This document shows positions 7,206 through 13,664 of a stretch of DNA of 42,615 nt, one piece after another. Every line of letters starts with the position of its first letter. The first letter of the stretch is position 1. The notes under the pieces were generated by a model, which did no database searches, was not told where the DNA came from, and worked only from the letters and a program-made list of their open reading frames with translations. The stretch spans positions 1-42,615 of the IMG/VR virus record IMGVR_UViG_3300029142_000008; one strand, written 5' to 3'. A program made the translations under genes and the position numbers. This DNA is from a virus. Taxonomy: Duplodnaviria > Caudoviricetes.

Positions 7206-7615
7206 GACTGAATTAGTTCAGGGTTGGCGTATATATTTCCGGTAATTTCCATACCAACTGCATGCATAAGCAGCCCCTCAAACCTGCTGTCATTAAAATC
7301 AACTGGCTTTGTCCAGAATGCCCCAGCACGCTCAATAACCTGCATTTTTTTACCTTCATACTCAACATCCCAACCACTTGCTTTTGTACTAAATGGGAAG
7401 CTGAGAATATCGCCCTCAAAAATTAAATCGTCATTCTTGTCTTTGAGGCCAGTAGATTGCACGATCGGGGTCCCCGCTGGCAAAAGCGCCACACTTGCCC
7501 CCATCGCCTGGAAGTCCAGGTCTTCAACCTCTCCAGCATGGCCACAATTATTTAGCACAGAGCATGGCCACATTTTCCCATTAAGCCAGGCTCGAAATTT
7601 CATTCTATCATTCAT
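7202..7615 (-). CDS. YopX family protein
   Basis: KFRAW...QSTGLKDKN...IFEGDIL...EITGNIYANPEL. Confidence 0.92.
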   Translation of the reverse strand: MNDRMKFRAWLNGKMWPCSVLNNCGHAGEVEDLDFQAMGASVALLPAGTPIVQSTGLKDKNDDLIFEGDILSFPFSTKASGWDVEYEGKKMQVIERAGAFWTKPVDFNDSRFEGLLMHAVGMEITGNIYANPELIQS

Positions 7616-7660
7616 AGTAAAAGGGTTTTAAGGTGCGCCGGGTATGGCGCGTAAATAAAC

Positions 7661-7861
7661 TTAATAAAACGGCGGGTACTCATCCTCACAAGCCTGTTTA
7701 GCCTCCCAGTCCAGCCTCATTAGCTCCGCCGAATCCTCCTGCCTGCGAACCTCTTCTTCTTCCTGCTCTTTCATTCTTTCCATCTGCCTATACTCCTCGT
7801 TTGTCATACGACCCGAATGCCATTTTTTTTCAAGCCCCGCTTTGGTATAAAATTTTGTCAT
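7661..7861 (-). CDS. small charged hypothetical protein (start placed at MTKFY)
   Basis: Non-overlapping part of track ORF 7661..7969. Confidence 0.55.
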   Translation of the reverse strand: MTKFYTKAGLEKKWHSGRMTNEEYRQMERMKEQEEEEVRRQEDSAELMRLDWEAKQACEDEYPPFY

Positions 7862-7871
7862 GCTGTTTTTA

Positions 7872-10079
7872 TTATCGAGAGAAACATTGAACGCGAACAG
7901 TTCCGGAATGGTTAGGTGAGACAAGCAGACCATCACCATTCCCGGCGAGCTTTTCAGCCCCATCTTCATCTAGCATCACTTGCGAATCGACCGCCTTCGC
8001 AGCTTTGAGCGCCAAACGAATTGTGAAGTTTGCTTTCACATCTCCTGTAAGAATCTTTGTTGAGAAGCGCTGGGCCGCGAGAACCAAATGAATCCCCGCA
8101 GACCGCGCCTTTTGTCCAAGAATCAATAAATTTTGTTCGAGAGTTTTGAAGCTTCTGTCTCGACGCTCCTTTGCCTTTGAAAAGGCCTCCCATTGGTCAC
8201 GCAGCATCTCTGCCTCAACCTGGCTTCTAGCCTCTGTAATCTTCTTTGCAGGCTGTTGAACCTCCTCACCATACTTATCCACAAGCACACGTCGCTCTTT
8301 GGTTTGTCGTGCAAGACAATCAGCAACCTCATCAAAGATGATCAGCTTCTTGTTTTCGGGCTGCAGGCGGTGTTTCTGGATTCTATCCATCTCTTCCACC
8401 AGCTCTTCAACCTGATTCTCGATGTCCTCTAAAGAAACGTACACCTGGCACAACTCCCTATAGGGATCAAACTTCTCTTCATTTTTTGGGTCAAAAATAA
8501 CCACATCCATGCCTGTTTTCAGGGCTCGGTCAATCATCGTAGCAAGCTGGTATGATTTACCACTACCTGAAGCTCCAGACACCATGAAGTGAGGCGTGGA
8601 TGCGTCGTCCAGATCCCAGAAGATTGCCTCACCAAAGTTGTCTGCACCAATTGGGAGAGTGTTCACCCCTTCATCCATAGCAGGAAGCTGGGCAGCCTGC
8701 CTCTGATCAACTGGCTTATTCACCTCAATAGCAACGTATGTTTGCCCCTCGTAAGGCACCAGGTCCGGCAATACGCGCACTGTCTCGGCCTCTAGGGCCT
8801 GAGCAATGTCTAGCTTGTGCCCCCTGATTGAGGAGATTTTCGTGCCCACACCAACACGCAGAAGGTATGTAGTACAAGAATAGCCATCTACAGTGTGGCG
8901 AACCTCAGCATTAACATTGAATGCACGGAGCACCAGCTGAATGCGCTCCTGAACTGCTTTGTCTTTCATGTTAGAGAAGTCAAATGATACAAATTTTTTG
9001 CTGCCCATTACAGATTCCACAACACTCTTTGGGACTTTCGCGAGTGCGGTTTTCTTCACATGACTCCTTCTCTTGCTGAGAAGAGCCTTTTGTTTCTCAT
9101 CCAGGTTTTGGAACTCACTTAGGTCATCCAGGTGTGTTTTCACCCAGAAATCCACCATTTCCCCAGCATCTTCATAATTGTCGGCTGGGTTCATCAGGTA
9201 AATGTAGTCCGGATCTTGAACTGCCTGAATTGTTCTCCAAACGGGCTCAAAAAACATGTTCTCGTAAAGCTCTCTTGTTTCAACCATGTCGATTTTATGC
9301 TTCTTGATTTGTGGACTCTTATCTCTGTTTTTTGTGTACTTGTTTTCGTAGAAGAAGAACCACTTCATCCCATTTGCAATCTTTGGGTATTTTTTGCGTA
9401 GAGCTTTGAACTCTGGACGCATGAGCCTGGCCGTCACCGTTTTGTCATAAGTTGTTGACTGGTAGGCAAAACTCAAGTGTGCCTCCCTTGCCTGGGTGTA
9501 TTTCCCTTTAGACTTGTGATCTAGGCCGCAAAGCTCATCTTCATGGTTTATGTAAACAATATCCGGAACCGCCTTAAATGGCAGCGGGATTGAAATGTCA
9601 CACAAAACAATGAACTCAATGATTCTCTCCTCAATAAAAACAACCTCTTTAATATCTTTCAAATATTCACCAACTTGCTCTAGAAACTGGTGAATCAAAT
9701 TGGTGATATGCATCTGACACTGATCTTTCACCTGAACAGAGGTCTTGTTTGCATAAACTTTGTAGTCAACCAGCTCAACTTTATCGAGCTCTCTATATGC
9801 AGTGTCGAGCAGACGTTCAAGTGGAAGTTGCTTTCCGTGGTCTCGGTAGGTCTCAAAGAACATTTCAAGCACTTTGTGGTAAACCGTTCCAATCACCTTG
9901 GGCGCAGAAAGGCCAACATCCGAGTAGTTTTTGAAGACATAGTATTTCTCAAACGCCTTCTCGTTTCGTATGAAGGTGCTCACAGCGCTCACAGAAAGGT
10001 GCTCAACAAGAAAGTTCTGCAAATGAGCATCCAGCTTTTCAGGAGCTAATTTTTCGTAGGTATTATTCATTGTTTTCAT
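7872..10079 (-). CDS. fusion of a PD-(D/E)XK (RecB-like) nuclease and an FtsK/SpoIIIE-type ATPase
   Basis: N-half: LSVSAV, GTVYHKVLE, PDIVY, DHK, QSTTY. C-half: FtsK-alpha-like region (DIAQAL...VAIEV), TPHFMVSGASGSGKS (Walker A), IIFDEVAD (Walker B), KARSAGIHLVLAAQR, GAEKLAGNGDGL. Confidence 0.88.
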   Translation of the reverse strand: MKTMNNTYEKLAPEKLDAHLQNFLVEHLSVSAVSTFIRNEKAFEKYYVFKNYSDVGLSAPKVIGTVYHKVLEMFFETYRDHGKQLPLERLLDTAYRELDKVELVDYKVYANKTSVQVKDQCQMHITNLIHQFLEQVGEYLKDIKEVVFIEERIIEFIVLCDISIPLPFKAVPDIVYINHEDELCGLDHKSKGKYTQAREAHLSFAYQSTTYDKTVTARLMRPEFKALRKKYPKIANGMKWFFFYENKYTKNRDKSPQIKKHKIDMVETRELYENMFFEPVWRTIQAVQDPDYIYLMNPADNYEDAGEMVDFWVKTHLDDLSEFQNLDEKQKALLSKRRSHVKKTALAKVPKSVVESVMGSKKFVSFDFSNMKDKAVQERIQLVLRAFNVNAEVRHTVDGYSCTTYLLRVGVGTKISSIRGHKLDIAQALEAETVRVLPDLVPYEGQTYVAIEVNKPVDQRQAAQLPAMDEGVNTLPIGADNFGEAIFWDLDDASTPHFMVSGASGSGKSYQLATMIDRALKTGMDVVIFDPKNEEKFDPYRELCQVYVSLEDIENQVEELVEEMDRIQKHRLQPENKKLIIFDEVADCLARQTKERRVLVDKYGEEVQQPAKKITEARSQVEAEMLRDQWEAFSKAKERRDRSFKTLEQNLLILGQKARSAGIHLVLAAQRFSTKILTGDVKANFTIRLALKAAKAVDSQVMLDEDGAEKLAGNGDGLLVSPNHSGTVRVQCFSR

Positions 10080-10893
10080 TGGTTACCGCTGCCTTCTTCT
10101 TTCGCAGCTCTTCTTTTTTGTCTTTCACCTCGTTGATTTTTTGTTCTGGGGACTTCCTAAATGGAACCTCAACAACCTCTGTCTCACTCTCGATGTATCC
10201 GCCGCGCTCACTTATGTTGTCCAGCATGATTGCGCGCGCACCCTTGTCATCCGAGGGGAGCATCTTGCCAAGCTGTTTGAATACGGTTTTTTTCCACATC
10301 CAGAGCTGAGGATCGTTTTTGCCAGACCAAGGGCTGTAGTCGGTGTTGCCACCCGGGGACATGGCTTTGATGGCCATGATCTGATCTTTAGTCATGTACT
10401 CGGAAATGGTATTTCCTTTTGTCACTTCAGCCCACGCATAGGCTCCAACAGGCTCGCCACGGTCTCCACTCGCCGGAATATGCTCAATACGAGGGTTTGT
10501 ACCAAGGAACCGCTGAAACTGATCGTTGTCATAAACAACCTCTGCACCAAGACGCAAAACCCCAGCGCGATAGCCAATGGTCCGCACCCCTTTGTACCCA
10601 AGTTGAAATTGAGCTTTCATCCCATACTTGGTTTTGTAAGGGAGCACATAACACTCACCACTTGGGCCGCCCGGATAAAGGTTTACCGTTGCGCACTCCA
10701 TAAACGCCCCCAGAAGGCTTTCCTGATCACATTGCAGGAGCTTTGGTGTTTTTTGTATAGAGTGCATAACTGCGGACATGAACTTAAGTGCGTTGTCCTC
10801 ACTACCTAGGAAATTCTTCAGCGCAGCATTTCGCGTGCTGATAATGCGCTTGAAGTCATCCTGGGCCATTAATGTTGTATTCTCTTGAGTCAT
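10063..10893 (-). CDS. recT: RecT-family single-strand annealing recombinase
   Basis: PKLLQCDQESLLGA, ECYVLPY, AQFQLGYKG, VGAYA, SPW...MWKKTVFKQLGKMLP. Confidence 0.93.
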   Translation of the reverse strand: MTQENTTLMAQDDFKRIISTRNAALKNFLGSEDNALKFMSAVMHSIQKTPKLLQCDQESLLGAFMECATVNLYPGGPSGECYVLPYKTKYGMKAQFQLGYKGVRTIGYRAGVLRLGAEVVYDNDQFQRFLGTNPRIEHIPASGDRGEPVGAYAWAEVTKGNTISEYMTKDQIMAIKAMSPGGNTDYSPWSGKNDPQLWMWKKTVFKQLGKMLPSDDKGARAIMLDNISERGGYIESETEVVEVPFRKSPEQKINEVKDKKEELRKKKAAVTNENNE

Positions 10894-10903
10894 GTTTCAA
10901 AAA

Positions 10904-11005
10904 TTAAGATTGTGGATAAGGTTGATCAAGAAAGGCTTCATGCTGTTCATGCATCCAAGCATCATGAGCACGCTCTTCCATATCAGTGTATTCGTCGTAT
11001 TCCAT
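10904..11005 (-). CDS. 33-aa acidic peptide leading the recT operon (not in ORF track)
   Basis: Manual translation MEYDEYTDMEERAHDAWMHEQHEAFLDQPYPQS; follows a promoter and a TAACC leader. Confidence 0.5.
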   Translation of the reverse strand: MEYDEYTDMEERAHDAWMHEQHEAFLDQPYPQS

Positions 11006-11033
11006 ATGAGGGGGGGGGTTAGAATGTACTCAC

Positions 11034-11062
11034 AGTGTAAGGCAGCTGTTAGTGGCAGTCAA
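11034..11062 (-). promoter_or_regulatory. sigma70-type promoter for the recT operon
   Basis: TTGACT-17 nt-TACACT. Confidence 0.7.
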
Positions 11063-11087
11063 GAGCCTTACAATTTATTTTGTTGAC

Positions 11088-11116
11088 AAAAAGAGCCCTG
11101 CTCTCGCAGGACCCTT
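11088..11116 (-). terminator. intrinsic terminator after the HTH gene
   Basis: GGGTCCTGC-GAGA-GCAGGGCTC followed by TTTTT. Confidence 0.75.
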
Positions 11117-11138
11117 ACTCAAACTCCCCCTCCAGGAG

Positions 11139-11372
11139 CTATTCATAGGTAAATATTTCCTCTCTAGAGGCACCAAGCTCTCGGCCAAAGTAATCCACCA
11201 ATGCCTTTTGGCTTCTTGGTGAGATGCCATTAACATTTTGCTCCCAATTTGCCACAGCCCTTTGAGTCAAAGGTTTTGGTAGGAATTCCGCCAAAGCTTG
11301 ACCTAACTCTTTTTGACTGAGGCCAAGCTCAAACCGCAGTTCTGCCACTCGATGGCTTTTGATTTTTTTCAT
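11139..11372 (-). CDS. XRE/Cro-like helix-turn-helix regulator
   Basis: LRFELGLSQKELG...TQRAVANWEQ...P. Confidence 0.88.
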   Translation of the reverse strand: MKKIKSHRVAELRFELGLSQKELGQALAEFLPKPLTQRAVANWEQNVNGISPRSQKALVDYFGRELGASREEIFTYE

Positions 11373-11394
11373 CTATAAAACTTAATGTGAGAAC

Positions 11395-11423
11395 ATTATA
11401 AGCCCGCCAAAAGTAGCAGTCAA
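11395..11423 (-). promoter_or_regulatory. sigma70-type promoter for the HTH gene
   Basis: TTGACT-17 nt-TATAAT. Confidence 0.8.
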
Positions 11424-11440
11424 GTTGTTAACAAGAAGAT

Positions 11441-11509
11441 AACGTCCTCTCCCCGAATCGAACGGGCTGGATGGCCACTTCCAGTTTCCCATGAAACCAA
11501 GAGGACGTT
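11441..11509 (-). ncRNA. minimal tRNA-like RNA (not a canonical tRNA)
   Basis: 10-bp terminal stem AACGTCCTCT/AGAGGACGTT; TG linker; D-like arm GTTT-CATGGG-AAAC; arm TGGA-AGTGGCCA-TCCA; T-arm CCCG-TTCGATT-CGGG; no variable loop, no encoded CCA. Confidence 0.7.
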
Positions 11510-11524
11510 TCAACACAGCTATTG

Positions 11525-11688
11525 TAAGGGAGGTGTTAGTTAATTGCAAGTCTGGCTCAACAAACTACCTTGAAAGAATCCCAAAATGACCGATGATTTT
11601 GCTTTCTTGATTCCGATGGCTGAGCCTGTAGCTTCGCTTTATTATCTACTATTAGGTGATTGTCTAATAATGACGCAATTGTCCCTTA
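11525..11688 (-). ncRNA. candidate ~165-nt nested-stem structured RNA
   Basis: Nested inverted repeats TAAGGGA/TCCCTTA, AATTGC/GCAATT, GGCTCA/TGAGCC, GAAAG/CTTTC, CAAAAT/ATTTTG, TATTAG/CTAATA; strand inferred from neighbours. Confidence 0.5.
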
Positions 11689-11708
11689 TAAACATCACAC
11701 TCTATAAC

Positions 11709-11933
11709 AATTTGGGAAGGCCAAGGATTTGCACCTTGGATGCTGGTATTTATCCGTGGGGAGCTTTCGCTTGCTAGTTCGGAATCCAACCGAGAAAGGC
11801 TAGTTATGCGTTTTAGTGGTCTGATTCGCCTGACCGCTCACCAACAGTTATGATTTCCCGTTGGTCGCCCCTACGCTCCACCCCCAGCCATAACGGTGTT
11901 TTGGCGTTACCTATTCCGCCACCTTCCCAAATT
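11709..11933 (-). ncRNA. tRNA-like scaffold with ~160-nt structured insert replacing the anticodon arm
   Basis: 12-bp terminal stem AATTTGGGAAGG/CCTTCCCAAATT; TG; Leu-type D-arm GCG-GAATAGGTAA-CGC; T-arm CCAAGG-TGCAAAT-CCTTGG; insert closed by GCTGG/CCAGC with several hairpins. Confidence 0.75.
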
Positions 11934-11994
11934 ATCTAAGAGCATATAAGACTTCTTTCATGGCTTTATGTGCCTTGCTTTGCCAGAGATTTAG

Positions 11995-12150
11995 CGTGTG
12001 AGTCTACTTTAATGTTTCCACACGTCCACTTAAGGAGGGCCAAGCTTTCCTTTCATCGTCAGGATCACCAGGCAGCATTCTGTACTCAGGTTCTTTTACA
12101 CCCCCTGGTGGCACGCTGCAAGCCTCGCTAGGTGTGGTCAAAAAATGACC
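11995..12150 (-). ncRNA. hairpin-rich non-coding segment, possible 5' part of the ncRNA cluster
   Basis: Stems CGTGTG/CACACG (11995-12024), CACCAGG/CCTGGTG (12066-12110), GGTCA/TGACC (12136-12150). Confidence 0.35.
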
Positions 12151-12275
12151 CTTGTGCTATGACAACGGCCTTGACCCCATATCTAGTAGGGAGTACTGTG
12201 TTGGCGCGTTTTTGTAGCAAAAAACAATGTAGCAAGGCGGCTCTGCGACAGCAAGGCCTTTTTGCTCTGCTTAAG

Positions 12276-12309
12276 TTTTCCACAAGTTTTCCACAATCAT
12301 TGTGCAAAA
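12276..12309. promoter_or_regulatory. three DnaA-box consensus matches; origin candidate
   Basis: TTTTCCACA at 12276-12284 and 12287-12295 (+) and TTTTGCACA at 12301-12309 (-); all fit TTWTNCACA. Confidence 0.5.
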
Positions 12310-12356
12310 GTATGTTCAAAACTCATCCGGGGTGCTATCCATGGCGGAATTGAACA

Positions 12357-12398
12357 TGGTTCGAATCTAGCTTGGGCACCCACATTGGATTCGAACCA
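12357..12398. repeat. 11-bp inverted repeat built from the tRNA T-loop consensus
   Basis: TGGTTCGAATC (12357-12367) and GATTCGAACCA (12388-12398). Confidence 0.75.
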
Positions 12399-12439
12399 AC
12401 ATGTAAAACACATGTAAAAATGTTACATATTCAACCTGT

Positions 12440-12476
12440 AAAAAACAAAAGAGGGCCGGTCGAAAGCCCCCTTTGT
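12440..12476 (-). terminator. intrinsic terminator ending the late/lysis operon
   Basis: GGGGGC-TTTCGACCG-GCCCTC followed by TTTTGTTTTTT, ~30 nt after the holin-candidate stop. Confidence 0.7.
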
Positions 12477-12506
12477 TGATTTGACCTTCCTCCCCTCAGA
12501 GAAGAT

Positions 12507-12782
12507 CTAGCTCTTTGAGCTTCGTATAGGAAATGAATCACCCATGAGGGCGAATAAAATACCAGCAACCACAGAGCGCACAAATGCGTCCAGAACATCT
12601 TTAGCAAACATGGCCCACTCAATTACCTCTGGACTGAATAGCGTCTCAGAAAAGCCCATTTGAGCTGCAAAAATGATAAAACTGGCTGTGAACCCGGCAA
12701 CAAGTGTTGTCAGGAAAGACTTCAGCTCATCTTTTCCGCGAGCCTGAAAGTAACGAACGAATCCTTCTATGATGTTGTTCAT
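12507..12782 (-). CDS. holin-like membrane protein (start placed at MNNIIEG)
   Basis: Two hydrophobic helices; last gene of the late operon, downstream of the lysin. Confidence 0.55.
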   Translation of the reverse strand: MNNIIEGFVRYFQARGKDELKSFLTTLVAGFTASFIIFAAQMGFSETLFSPEVIEWAMFAKDVLDAFVRSVVAGILFALMGDSFPIRSSKS

Positions 12783-12792
12783 GGTGTTTTTT

Positions 12793-13005
12793 TTAAGAAT
12801 CGTCATCTTCTTTCGCCTGCCTAAGGGCCTTAGAGAGCATTGCCTGCTTCTTGGTCCGCCGGTTGTAGCTTGACCCATCGGCAAGCACCTTCTCTTCATA
12901 ATCTTTCTGCTTCATGCCAGCCTTTTTGGCTCTAGCCCGAATACTTCTATCTTCAGAAGCAAATTTATTGCCCCATTCCTTTTTTTCCATATTAGTGTCT
13001 GGCAT
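12793..13005 (-). CDS. small charged hypothetical protein
   Basis: 70-aa ORF filling the gap between lysin and holin candidate. Confidence 0.65.
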   Translation of the reverse strand: MPDTNMEKKEWGNKFASEDRSIRARAKKAGMKQKDYEEKVLADGSSYNRRTKKQAMLSKALRQAKEDDDS

Positions 13006-13030
13006 AGTTTCTAGATTATGAACTTCAGGT

Positions 13031-13654
13031 TTATTTTACCAAAAGACTTGCGAGTCTGTACAGCACCACAATGAGTTCACCCCACGTCACGGGACCATTT
13101 GGGTCTTTTGGCTTTGTGATTAGCTTTTCTGAAGTTGCCCACTTCATCGCTTCATCAGCCCAATGAGCCGGCTTTTCTTGCGATTTCAGCTCTTCTTTTT
13201 CAAACAAGGTATATCCAGTCACTTTGTAGTCGTTTTCCCCAGGAGAGGCGAATTCTTTTCCACCCCACGGGTCAATAATAACCGGAGCACCGTTTACGAA
13301 TTCCTTGACCGCAACCCAGTGCTTTCCGCCATCCACCTCCAAAATCACCCCTTTGTTCGGGTCGTTCGCATATTTTTCGATCTCAACCATGTTTGCCCAA
13401 TATCCACGCTTCACAAACTTCATGCCCTGGTAATTGCATTGAGTCCAGATGATGAGCCCATTTTTGTCCCCAGGAAGGCCGTAGGTGTATTTGAATGTGC
13501 GTGCTGCCTCTCGCGGAAGGAGCCCCCCCCCATAGAACTTGCTGTGCACCATGCAAATTGCCGTTGTTGTACATCCGTACTTTCCAACAGTTAGCTCGGA
13601 CCGCCCGAGTCTTTCATGCGCCCAACGAGGGTCGCGCTGGCTGTATTTCTCCAT
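13031..13654 (-). CDS. C39-like cysteine peptidase with C-terminal SLH-like motif; putative endolysin
   Basis: YSQRDPRW, GCTTTA (Cys), KHWV (His), IIDPW (Asp); HWADEAMKWA...PNGPVTWGELIVVLYR. Confidence 0.82.
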   Translation of the reverse strand: MEKYSQRDPRWAHERLGRSELTVGKYGCTTTAICMVHSKFYGGGLLPREAARTFKYTYGLPGDKNGLIIWTQCNYQGMKFVKRGYWANMVEIEKYANDPNKGVILEVDGGKHWVAVKEFVNGAPVIIDPWGGKEFASPGENDYKVTGYTLFEKEELKSQEKPAHWADEAMKWATSEKLITKPKDPNGPVTWGELIVVLYRLASLLVK

Positions 13655-13664
13655 GTTTTATGGG

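Noticed and set aside
11709-11933. tmRNA, or tRNA-Leu with a group I intron
   Set aside because: No G3-U70 pair and a D-stem is present, so not tmRNA; the insert is shorter than typical group I introns, lacks the P7 S-element (AAGAUAUAGUC-like), and no normal anticodon arm can be rebuilt
12010-12065. Hammerhead ribozyme (CTGACGA ... GAAAC on the minus strand)
   Set aside because: The core strings are present, but I could not form stem II or flanking stems I and III with a cleavage triplet
11586-12622. Short ORFs at 11586-11777, 12128-12319, 12132-12353 and 12431-12622
   Set aside because: No motifs or typical leaders, and they cut across RNA stems, DnaA boxes or the terminator
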